From Octopus vulgaris (Eukaryota), in the NCBI GenBank assembly GCA_951406725.2, contig OX597827.1:71362001-71426000 (forward strand): 64,000 nucleotides of DNA. The letters are read 5' to 3'. The first letter of the stretch is position 1, and each line of letters begins with the position of its first letter. Made by a program: the position numbers and the translations under genes. Below the pieces are notes generated by a model. The model had not been told where the DNA came from. It searched no databases and saw only the letters and a program-made list of their open reading frames with translations. Of this stretch, positions 52,652-64,000 are shown piece by piece.

Positions 52652-53561
52652 GTATGTATATTTTGTAAATTACACTTTTAAATTTAACTATAATTAATTA
52701 TAATTTATTCATGCAGTTTTAAATGTTGTTTTAACCTTTTAGCATTCAGACTATTCTGTCAAATGTAAAGCTTATGTATTCACACCATCATCATTTAACG
52801 TCCGCTTTCCATGTTAGCATGGGTTGAACAATTTGACTGACGTCTGGCGATCCATACTCCAATCTGATCCGGCAGAGTTTCTACAGCTGGATGCCCTTCC
52901 TAACGCCAACACTCCAAGAGTGTAGTGGGTGCTTTTTACGTGCCAGTTTGGTGGTTCTGGCAACGGCCACGCCCAAATGGTGCTTTTTACGTGCCACCTG
53001 CACAGGAGCCAGTCCAGCGGCACTGGCAACGACCTCGCTTGAATGTTTCCCGTGCCACCAGCACAAGTGCTAGTAAGGCGACGCGGTGACGATCACGCTC
53101 GAATGGTGTGCATAACGTGCCAACCGCACGAAGGCCAGCTTCTTGCTCTGGCAATGATCTCACTCGTATGGTACTCTTAGCGCTCCACTAGCAAACTGAT
53201 GCCAGTCACCGAGTTTGATTTCGGCTTCGATTTCACTTACCTCAACTGGTCTCTTCCAAGCAGAGTTTAGTGTCCAATGAAGAAAAGGCATGCGTAAGTG
53301 GACTGGTTACACCCCTAACATAGGCACACACACACACTTAGTTCATGCTTGCTATGTTAGTGTTTGCTAAGATGTGACACCTACTGAAATATTGCTTATT
53401 GAGAGTTAGGCTGTAGTCGTTTGGTTTAAGTCTTGTCACATACACATTTGACTTCAATTCATAAAGACTCTATTTTCAAACTTCTCAGTACTTCAAAACT
53501 ACAACACAAATCGTACACACACACACACACACATTAAAATTCATAATTTCTCACCTGACAG

Positions 53562-53646
53562 AAATCGGTTCCATGATGAAAGAGGAGATATTCGGGAAGT
53601 TGGCTTGGTTAAAGAGCTTTCAGCTAACTTGTTAACACAGCTTGAA
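53562..53646 (+). CDS. ABRAXAS2: Abraxas/ABRO1 exon 6 (NRFHDERGDIREVGLVKELSANLLTQLE)
   Basis: gacAG acceptor and GTAAGT donor. Aligns to the family FF..DG..KEV segment that starts the coiled coil. Confidence 0.88.
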
Positions 53647-55002
53647 GTAAGTTGGAAAATATAATATTTTTTTCAAAATATAACATTTCTTCAAATTTTT
53701 TATAAAATCGAATTCAATTATGGTTTAAAATTTTGGTGCAGGGCCTTCAGTTTTTGAGAGAAGGGGAAAGTTGATCCTAATATTTGACTAGTACTTATTT
53801 TATCAACCCCGAAAGGACGAAAGGCAAAGTTGATCTCAGTGGAATTTGAACTCAGAACATAAAGACAGAAAATGCTTACTAGCATTTTGTTCAGCATGCT
53901 AACAGTTCCACCAGCTCACACCACTTTAATAATAATAATAATAATAATAACAATAATAATAATAACAATAATAATAACAGCAGCAGCAGCAGCACAACAA
54001 CAACAACTTCTTCTTCTTCTTCCCATGTGTTGATATGTTTTTGTTTATTTTTTTATATTGCTAAATTTAACAGTTGTGTAAACTGAATTTTGATTGCTTT
54101 TCAAGATATTTCTTGAATTAAATATTAGAAATATAAGTAAAATTTAACCTGGTGTCACTAATCAATAGAAATATAAAAAAAAAAAAGAGGCACCTACTGG
54201 ATGGGATCATATAAGAAAATAGGGATAATAACCCTGTATGCAAAATTAGCTTAATTTTGATTAAAAAGAATTAACAACACCCAAAACAAAAACATACGGA
54301 GAGAGGTTGTTTGTAAAATGCCATTCAGTAAGAGGGGTCACTAAGCTATGAAAAGTAGAGAACCAATGTTTTGGACTAACTGGCTTTTGTGACTTGTTCA
54401 CAGATTCTTTTAAATTTTCTGAAGTTTATATTTGTTTCTTTCAAAAACTTTAGAAAAACTTTATTTTATTTCATGTAAGAAACAAAAATAATTAAAAATG
54501 ATATTAAATATATGTCCTCATCTATGTCTCCATAACTTAGCTGTTCAGCAAAAGGGACTGATAGAATAAGAACCAGGCTAAAAAAAAAAAAAGCTTAGTC
54601 CTGGGGTTGATTTGTTTGACTAAAACTATTCAAGGCAGTGCCCCAGCATGGCCAGTCAAATGACTGAAGCAGTAAAAGATAAAAGGTTAAAAGATGTGTG
54701 TTTGTCAATTTCATTTCATTTTATGTAAAAAAAATTAAAAATTGAAATTACATCCCTCTCACCTAGCACTTTGGCAAAAGAGATTGAGAGACTAAACCCC
54801 CAGGCTTGAAAAGAGGCTAAGATCTGCGGTTGATTTGTCTGACTAAAACCATTCAAGGTGGTGCCCCAGCATGGTTGCAGCCAAATGACTGAGGCAAGTA
54901 CAAGATAAAAGGTTGAAGATACGTATTTGTCAACTTAACTCAGCTTAAGCAAGAAAAGATTTTCTCTTAATGTGGTTTTAGAGACAGGTTTTGACTCCTA
55001 GA

Positions 55003-55778
55003 AAGGTGGCGAGTTGGCAGAAACGTTAGCATGCCGGGCGAAATGCTTAGCGGTATTTCGTCTGCCACTATGTTCTGAGTTCAAATTCTGCCGAGGTTGA
55101 CTTCGCCTTTCATCCTTTCGGGGTCGATTAAATAAGTACCAGTTACGCAATGGGGTCAATGTAATCGATTTAATCTGTTTGTCTGTCCTTGTTTGTCCTC
55201 TCTGTGTTTAGCCCCTTGTGGGTAGTAAAGAAATAGAAATAGGTATTTTGTCTGCCGCTACGTTCTTAGTTAATATTCTGCCAAGGTCGACTTTGCCATT
55301 CATCCTTTCAGGGTCGATTAAATAAGTACCAGTTACGCACTGGGGTCGATATAATCGACTTAATCCGTTTGTCTGTCCTTGTTTGTCCCCTCTGTGTTTA
55401 GCCCCTTGTGGGTAGTAAAGAAATAGGTATTTCGTCTGCCGCTACGTTGTGAGTTCAAACTCAGCCGAGGTCGACTTTGCCTTTCATCCTTTTGGGGTCG
55501 ATTAAATAAGTACCAGTTATGCACTGGGGTCGATATAATCGACTTAATCTGTTTGTCTGTCCTTGTTTGTCCCCTCTGTGTTTAAAGAAATAGGTATTTC
55601 GTCTGCCGCTACGTTCTGAGTTCAAATTCCACCGAGGTTGATTTTGCCTTTCATCCTTTTGGAGTCGATTAAATAAGTACCAGTTACGCACTGGGGTCGA
55701 TATAATCCACTTAATCCGTTTGTCTGTCCTTGTTTGTCCTCTCTGTGTTTAGCCCCTTGTGGGCAGTAAAGAAATAAG
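55003..55778 (+). mobile_element. SINE family B, head-to-tail array of four ~180 bp units
   Basis: Repeated gttctgagttcaaattc...gcctttcatcctttcggggtcgat...aagtaccag (Meta/Sauria-like central domain). Other copies at about 6395-6760, 7395-7770, 10590-11012, 25090-25323, 28660-29085, 46448-46683, 47360-47586, 49420-49626, 53720-53925 and 59975-60590. Confidence 0.85.
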
Positions 55779-55844
55779 AGATTCTCTCCCTTTAATGGTA
55801 TCACCAGAAGCCAACTCCGTGTTTCTTTTTTATCAATTTTCTAG

Positions 55845-56064
55845 AAAATAAGCTCACTGGTATCTGATGAAGAAAAACAGTTGGAACGCTTGGAAGCTGA
55901 AGTCGAGGTGTATGAAAGAAAGGTCAACAAACTGAACAAGACATCACAGTCAAACAGTTCATTTGCACCTATGAATGTCCACAGGTTAGATGCATTTATT
56001 GAGGGCGTTGATAACGACAAGAAAGACTGTCAAAGGCTTACAACCAATAATCATTTAATTACAG
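55845..56064 (+). CDS. ABRAXAS2: Abraxas/ABRO1 exon 7 (coiled coil KISSLVSDEEKQLERLEAEVEVYERK...)
   Basis: ttctAG acceptor and ACAG|GTACCT donor. In frame with ORF 55881-56087, heptad-like composition. Confidence 0.82.
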
Positions 56065-56259
56065 GTACCTGTAATTTATATATATAATTTATTTTCCAGA
56101 AGTTATTGATTTTTAATTTAATTCCACTGTATAATTGTTTTTTCTGTTTTTGTTTTGGTTGCAACTCTTAAGTTATTAAGATAATTAGGTTATTAATGGG
56201 GTAACAGAGTTGGTTATGAGATCACATGAGATGATGGGAAGTGTTTATTAGGTGATGGG

Positions 56260-56600
56260 GGAGATGTTATTGAGGGGGTGGGGCATTGTTGATGTGATAT
56301 TGTGTGTGGGTTAATGAAGGGACTGTGTGTGAGGGGTTGTTAATGAAGTGACTGTGTGTGTGGGGGGTTATTAATGAAGTGACAGTGTGTGTGTGTGTGG
56401 GGGGGTTAATAATGAAGTGACAGTGTGTGTGAGAGGTTATTAATGAAGTGACGGTGTGTGTGGTTAATGAAGTGACAGTGTGTGTGTAGTTTATTAGTGA
56501 GGTGATAGTGTGTTTGGGTGGCTTATTAATGAGGGGATGGGGTGTTATTGAAGAGATGGCAGGTATTGATGAGACAATAAGGTGGGGGAGTATTAACAAA
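56260..56600 (+). repeat. Degenerate G/T-rich ~30 bp minisatellite in Abraxas intron 7
   Basis: Recurring gttattaatgaagtgacagtgtgtg units. Confidence 0.75.
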
Positions 56601-56713
56601 GAGACGGGATGGGTGACTATAAAGTGGGTGATGGGGATAATTAATAAATCATTTCTTTCATTTCGTAGCTAATAAATTACCTGTGTACTTATTTCTTTAA
56701 ATTTTCTTTTAAG

Positions 56714-57663
56714 ATTTCTTGAAAAACGATGACAGTAAGAGAAAGCTACAAATGGAGGTCATCTTGAAGAACTTTGATGCTAAAGATTGGCTTTGTAAGC
56801 AGGTTAACGAAGATTTCAATCTTTCTTCACACTCTGCCAACCCGATCAGAGCTGACACCCAAAATACCGACACCCTCCTCAACAAACTATCAGCTCCAGT
56901 ACAAGCGAGTATTCAGAATTTCCCCCATTACAACACTATTTCCGGTCCAAGCAACAAAATCTCCATGAGGTCGATGACCAACAGCTACAACAACACTTCC
57001 ACCATGCTAAGGAACACAACGGAACATACTTCTTTGAAATCGCATTCTTTAAAACACTCTCTGAATGGCGACGAACTGAGTCAGGAGCCCAATTACGTAA
57101 TACTTCCAGTCGGTGCGAGTTTGAAATCGACACAGAACTATCCTAAAATGAATAAACCTGATGATAATTCATCATCTGTTATGTGTAATTACTCAAAAGC
57201 AACTCGTTGCTCGTTACCAAAGTGTAAACCCCACAACTGTCGGGAGGAACACGAAATTGGCTCTTCGAACCAACATATTAATGACATTCAAAGTTTCCAT
57301 AAACAAACTCAACCTTCTGATGCAGCTACTACAGAACAGGATGAAATCGGTCCCTACTTAAAATTAGCAGTAAATAACAATACCGTGTCAGCTCCTAATA
57401 TTCCTACGACAAAGTATTCAGCTCGAAGTATTCAGAACCAACAGACTTTAGCAACTAATTTTCCTCAATGTCCTCTCCCAACAGACATACCTTTAACTCC
57501 TACCTCTAATCATCAAACCTCTTCTCTTTCCCTACACTCTCTCCCCAATAATCCCAAATCAAAGATGATGTACGTAGATATGCAGAACTCTGCTATACAC
57601 TCAAACGACAGCAGTAATATTTCTCGAGGTCAAGAAGAGTCGGCCGGTTGTGGGGAAAATTGA
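56714..57663 (+). CDS. ABRAXAS2: Abraxas/ABRO1 terminal exon 8, long S/T/N/P-rich tail
   Basis: tttaAG acceptor at 56713. The phase-1 junction puts it in frame with the 314-aa ORF 56719-57663. Total CDS is 1851 nt, 616 aa. Confidence 0.8.
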
Positions 57664-58570
57664 TTGTGAACCCAACGCAAAAATCTCTCTCTCTCTCTTT
57701 CCCTCTGTGTATTTAAAACAATTGAAATTCCATTTGAGCAGGAACTTAGTAATGAAGGAGAGACCGAGAGAACACCAAAACCAAGCTAAGTAACCCTTAC
57801 TGGAGGAAAGTCTGTATATATATGTGACGTTATCTCCAGTTTTAAAAAAAATGGCTGTGAACAAACATAGTTTAGAAAGAAAGCCAAAGCCAAAAGTTGA
57901 AAGTAAATCATGAAACATTGTTATATATATTGACATATATAAAGAGAAAGCTTTCTTATTCTGATGCTTCTAGGCACCATTCTTTTGTCTTTTCCTTTTA
58001 ACTAAGCCCAATGAATGCATATGCTTGTAAGTGCACACACACACGCATATGTGTGTCATATATATATATATATATAATGTGTAGTATGTATGTATGTATG
58101 TATGTATGTATGTATGTATGTACAAGGTGGATAAAATAATACTTGAATACTGAAGGTAGAGTAAAATGAATTTGTTGAAGCTGAAAAGACTTCACAACTG
58201 AGTAATGGTTTGTGAAGCCTTTACAGCTTCAATAATATATATATATATATATGTAGTAATGCAATATGAGAGTATTGCTTTCCATTAAAGAATAGCCCGT
58301 GAGGGAAAATTATACATAAAAGCAAATAAATGGCACAACGAAGTACCAGTATTTACTATTTTCCAGTAAATATCGGTACTTTGTTGTGCCATTTATTTGC
58401 TTTTATATATATGTATGTATGACTTTTTTTACAAGAAGTCTCTGTCATCACTCTTCTTGTAAAAGTTTAACAAACATATACTCCACAACAAAAGTATTGA
58501 GTAATCCTTCACTTTAATATAAACTGTTTTTAATATAACTTAATATAATAAAAACAAACGTGTGTGTGTG

Positions 58571-58618
<48 letters not shown>

Positions 58619-58630
58619 CACACACACACA

Positions 58631-58857
58631 TACATGATGTGGTGCTGAAAATTTCCTGGATTTAAGGGTATTGTGAAAGGCTTGGTTGGAGGCCCAACCT
58701 TACGAGTTCTTTCACAGGGCTTAGAAAAACTGATGGACCACTCCACTAAGTGTGTGAATCTGAAAAGGGGAATGACCATGTTAAATAAAATCATAATTAA
58801 CCGATTCTCCTGTATTTCCTTTTACCCAAAGCCAGGAACTTTTCAGCACCCCCTCAT
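58631..58857 (+). mobile_element. Non-autonomous mariner deletion derivative
   Basis: TIRs ggtgctgaaaatttcctgg / ccaggaacttttcagcacc, with a C-terminal mariner-like remnant GLEKL....KCVNLK. Confidence 0.7.
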
Positions 58858-58871
58858 ACATACATACATAC

Positions 58872-58902
<31 letters not shown>

Positions 58903-61900
58903 GAGATGTGTGTGTGCGTGTATATATGTATCATATATAATGTATAAATATACATATGTCTATGTTCTAAAATTGGTTAAAGTGAACCAATGTATAATAT
59001 TTATCCTGGTTGGAAGTTAAGAAAAAAAAAAAAAATGACTCGAGAAATGATTTTACTCAGAATTGTGTTTTCTCAGTGTCTTCAATTGGCCACGGACTCT
59101 CTATTTTCATCTCCGTTTTCTTTTTCTTCAGATACTTGGTAATATTTTTTCATTTCTAATGTGCATCTCTCTCTCTCTCTGAATTCTCTGCCATCCACCT
59201 TTTCGTGGTCAGTCATCGTTTACCATCGTATAGTAATTAACATTGATTGATGGCATGGTGCAACATTGGTGAGATCCTAAAAAATCAGCTATTTAAACGA
59301 GCTTTGTCACTCCTAGTTTTATATATATATATATATACTTTTTTTTTGTGACCGACCAGTCCATCAGATGTAGTTACACATCGCTGGTCACAATGCACTT
59401 TGCATTGTTTTAGCCTTCGAATGACGCCACCCCGCTGGCTAAGCGAGCAGGCCAATATATATATATATGTATATGTATGTATGTATAATGTCAGAGCTTA
59501 CATTGCTAATGCCCATGGGAAATGGTTGAATGCCACAACTTCCCAGATTTATCATAATTCTAAGGCTTCATTTGCTCTTTAAGAAAATATCAGCACAGCA
59601 GCAGCAGCACCATCATCATCATCATCATCATGATGTTTAGTTTAATATATGTTTCATTTTTTTTTTTATTGCACCTGGAGTTAATACTTAAAGACTATCA
59701 AACTACTTCTACACTAATTAGTCCAATAATATTTAACGAGTATCGAATTATTTGGTCTAATTACATTACACGACATTCGCTTTGACTTAGAACTATAATA
59801 TTTATCTTGTCTTTATTCAGTTGCTTTTAGAATAAATTTTAAAATATATATCTCTATATAATTCATATCTCTTTAAAAGTGGAAGCAAATTGCCTTACTC
59901 AAGTATTTATTTAGCTTGAATTAATCATTTCAAGCACAGCCCAGCACATTATTATTATTATTATTATATTATTAAAGTAAAGTCAACTTTAGTTCAAATG
60001 CCACCAAGGTCGATTCTACCTTTCATCCTTTTGGGGTCGATAAAATAAGTACAAGTTGAGCACTGGGGTTAATGTTATCGACTTCCTTGTCCCCTCAAAA
60101 TTGCTGGCCTTGTGCCAAAATTCGAAACTTGTTATTAAGGTGGTGAGTAGGCAAAATTGTTAGCACACCAGGCAAAATGTGGTATTTTGTCTTTACATTC
60201 TGAGTTCAAATTCCACCGAGGTCAGCTTTGCCTTTCATCCTTTTAGGGTTGATAAATTAAGTACCAGTCAAGCCCTGGGATCAATGTAATCAACTGCCCC
60301 CTGCTACCCCCAAATTTCAGGCCTTGTACCTTTAGTAGAAAGGATTATTATTGTTTTATAAAGGTGGCGAGCTGGCAGAATTGTTAGCATGCCAGGCAAA
60401 ATGCTTAGCGGCATTTCATCCGTCTTTACATTCTGAGTTCAAATTCCACTGAGGTCATCTTTGACTTTCATCCTTTCGGGGGTTGATAAATTAAGTACCG
60501 GTGAAACACTGGGGTCGATGTAATCGACTAGCCCCCTTCCCCCCAAATTTCAGGCTTTGTGCCATTAGTAGAAAGGATTATTATTATTAACAACACTTAT
60601 TGACAGATGGCATTATATAAATATAATGTTGTTATTGGTGGCACAGAATATAAGATTTAAAAAAAATGGAAATAATTTATTCTGAAACTAATATATATAT
60701 ACACACACACAAATACAAACAATATCTAAGTGATGTAGGCCCACTATGGCCAGTGCCCACTTGCTGGAATAGATAAAGCATTTATATTAAATGGTAACAG
60801 CTTTGGGGGTTAGACTGCTGGACTAATTGTCTAGTTATATTTTCAAATGACAGACATCGCTGTGTGGTGAAGAGGTTTGCTTTAAAACTATCATACCCAC
60901 CGAGGCATCTTGGGCAAATGTCATCTATCAGCCTTGTGGTAACCAAAGCATTGGGTTGTGAAATTTGACAGTTGGAAACTGTGTGGAAGTTGTGTGTTTT
61001 TTTGATGTTAAACTTAATCTATTGGCTGGTTTAACACCATAACATGGCCATTCTATAATGAGCAATATGAGCCCATTTTCTGTTGTAATGATAACTTTCT
61101 CCTGCTAGTTTTTGAGTCCCTGAAAGGGTCACAAGTATTTCCTTTCTCCTGACAAAACCATTTTTATACACACATGAATGTATGTAAAATCTGTTTTTCT
61201 ATGGAAATTGATTTTTGAGACAGGTTTTTATGGCCAAATGCTCTTACTACCACCAACACTGACCTACATTTCAAAAGTGACTGGTCATAATGTCAACATC
61301 ATGTTTTGCTCATAAGTTGACATGCAAAATATCAACTTATATCTATCTGTGCACACCTACAAACTTTAATATAGTTTCTGTGTACCAAATTCTCATACAA
61401 AGCCCATGGTTGACCTGAGTCAATAGAAGATACTGGCCCAAGATGCTGCCATTCTGTGGGACTGAGTCCTAGAACCACATGGTTGTGAACCACACAGTCA
61501 TGTCCACCTCTCGCACAGACATATATATGTATGCTATATAGGATATTATATTTATCTCCTTGGTTAGGACTACATGACTGCCATAGCAATTATATAATAT
61601 ACATTACTCAATGTATATGACTAAATTTTTATCATCCAAGTCTACAGACATGCTGTTTGGTCTCCTGTGTGTTGTAGAAAAAAATTGTAAACCATGGAAT
61701 AAATGTAATGCCATATACTCTATTCTTCACCTATTATATATATGAAATTAATTTTGGATCAAAACCACATGTAACCTATACAATATCTTCTTGTAGCTTC
61801 CAAAAAAGAACAATCTTTTAAAAATTAGGATATATTGTAACTTTTTAATTATTGCATAAACAGATTTATTACATTTAGAAACTTTTCAGTCGTAGAATTT

Positions 61901-63470
61901 CTCAGGAAAGTATTTAAAAAGACAAAAAAAAGTTTTAAAAAAGCAACAAAAATTGTTCAAGTTTTCTCCCTTCTTTTCTTTTATCTCTTAAAATATGTAT
62001 TTAAGATAGAATGTTTTTTCTTCAATTAGAATTTTAACTTTTAAGAAGGAAAAAAAAAAAATCCAATGTGCATTTATATTCCTTTGATAATTTGAAATTT
62101 AAAACCCAAGGAAGTTTGCTTCACTCACAGAACGGGCAGTTTGTTGTTTGGATTGTGTTTTTTGACTTGCGTTGCAATACCTGGTCACAACACAGTAATA
62201 AATAGCTTGGAGAGAATTTGCATTTATTTTGAAAGCAAGCAAGAAAAAAAAAATAATCAAGATTTTAGGTCTCTTATTAAGTTCACAGTTGTAAAGAAAA
62301 TGTATCGACTGAAATGTGTGTCTGTGTCTTTGTTTATAATGTTCATTTATGTGTTGGAGATGCTTGTCTTAAAAAAAAAAAAAATTTTCTCTCTCAAATG
62401 ATAGGAAAGAAAATAAATTCCCATATCACTTAACATAATTTGTATGAAATGATAATGATGGAATATTTACGTTTTGAAAGAAATAATCTAATTTAATAAA
62501 TTTTGATATTAAACACAAAATCTTTTTTCTCTCCAAATCTCTGCCCTTCTGACATGCAAGGAATGTGTTTTTTTCTCTTTAAATTGTATTTGTTTTTATA
62601 TGTTACTACATAGCAACAACTGATTATGTATTATTGAGGTATTATTTTTACAACTCTTCCTGTAGCTAGATCCTAAGTGTTTTTCAAATAAGGGATTTTA
62701 TATTTCAAATACCTTTAAAAGTACAGAGCTAAATGGATAATTTTCTTGACAGGAAATATCCAAATTCATCTTTTATAGCTAAGCACAATAGTAAATATTA
62801 ATAAACACATATACAATGGGCTTTTTGCGTTTTCCGTCTGCCAAATTCACTCGCAAAGAATCACTTGGCCTGGAGAACGCCCAAAGTGCCACGCTTGGAG
62901 ACTGAACACAAAATCCAAACCATATTGAAAAAGGATCAAAGCAAACAATGTTGAAATACTAAATACAGGAAAAGAAGATTAAACAAGAATATATACAATT
63001 TTTGGGGGATTAATCGATATGCGGGTATTCTATTTCAGATAATACAAAAATAACCTAAGGGGTATATCTTACAGTAAACTCATGGTATCAGTTTGCACAT
63101 CACGAAATAATACTTAAAGGATATAACCAAAATTTCCAGCTGGGTATATAGTCCTTCATTAATTATATCATGCTTTAGTTAATACTTATAAAAGAATATA
63201 TAAGTACAAAAATATAAAAGAACAAACAAAACAATAAATAAAACTTGTGAAATCAGTATTTAATTGAAAGTTTACAAAAATTCAATTTGGTAGACAACTT
63301 AAACAATGTTGATTGGTTTTACAGTTATAAATAATAAAAAAAAAAAAATGAACAAAATAAAAAAAAAATTTCATTTTTATTTTTTGTAGTTGCTTGAGGG
63401 AGAGAGATTCGGAAGAAGCAACTGTTATGACAATCTTCATTGTTTGTTGACTAAAAGCTAGTTCCATGCA

Positions 63471-63606
63471 TCAGACTACCATACCAGCCAAAATATCTGC
63501 TGCAGTATCACAATAAAATCTAGTTATGTCAGAAGGAAGCATCTTCCAGTTGTGGGCTTGGATCTCTATAATCTCTAGTAGGTAACAACGTACCTGCGGA
63601 CTGGAC
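63471..63606 (-). CDS. CTIF: Last coding exon of a CTIF-like (MIF4G-domain) gene; upstream exons lie beyond the window
   Basis: ttgttacAG acceptor. Translates SSPQVRCYLLEIIEIQAHNWKMLPSDITRFYCDTAADILAGMVV*, matching the R.LLLEVIELHANSW..L...IT.YY C-terminus of CTIF and, more weakly, MIF4GD. Confidence 0.8.
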
Positions 63607-63762
63607 CTGTAACAAAAATCAAAGTGACATTGACATTGACATATTTGGATAATTACAGACAGAAACTATCAACACATGATCATGTCACAAAGTTTTTAAT
63701 TCAAACGTTAATTATATTATTTTATATTTGATGGATATTTGTCCTCATCTTGTTTGTTGTTA

Positions 63763-63806
63763 ACACAGCGTTTCAGCTGATAAACCCTCCAGCCTTCATC
63801 AGGTGT
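63763..63806 (-). ncRNA. Minimal type-I hammerhead motif, apparently mutated at the cleavage triplet
   Basis: ACAC CUGAUGA a GGCUG gaggguuuau CAGCU GAAA CG CU GUGU. ACGC stands where a palindromic ACGU is expected. Confidence 0.6.
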
Positions 63807-63855
63807 CTTGGGGGAAATTTCGAACCTGGGTTTTCATTCCTAAGGTATTTTACAA

Positions 63856-63893
<38 letters not shown>

Positions 63894-64000
63894 AATTGAA
63901 CTTGGAATCTTGAGGTTTAGTAGCCCATGCCCTTAACCACTATGCCATATGCCCGTGGGCAAGATGAGGACAAATATCTGTCAGATGTAAATAATGTACC

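Noticed and set aside
63282-63467. 61-aa minus-strand ORF
   Set aside because: Lies in the 3' UTR after the CTIF-like stop at 63471 and is low complexity.

Overview
AT-rich, repeat-dense eukaryotic DNA. The SINE repertoire, (TA)n/(CA)n/(CAT)n microsatellites and C2H2-ZNF style are consistent with an octopus (coleoid cephalopod) genome, which is an inference. Most ORFs in the track are repeat artefacts. Three protein-coding genes are supported: (1) a minus-strand C2H2 zinc-finger gene with 8 intact fingers (CDS 26166-27116); (2) an 8-exon plus-strand Abraxas/ABRO1 (FAM175) gene reconstructed by hand (41093-57663, 616 aa, all GT-AG, phases consistent) with an unusually long low-complexity tail; (3) the last coding exon of a convergent CTIF/MIF4G-domain gene (63471-63606, minus). 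The rest is mobile DNA: four SINE-like families, a rearranged Merlin (IS1595/ISXO2-like) transposase cluster plus GG...CC MITEs, Tc1/mariner and RTE fragments, hAT and pogo-like MITEs, two non-autonomous Helitrons and two decayed tRNA-Asp copies. The most notable signal is a set of minimal type-I hammerhead ribozymes and hammerhead-like variants. They sit in or near palindromic inserts, several of them next to (TA)n tracts, which suggests several Penelope-like/retrozyme families.
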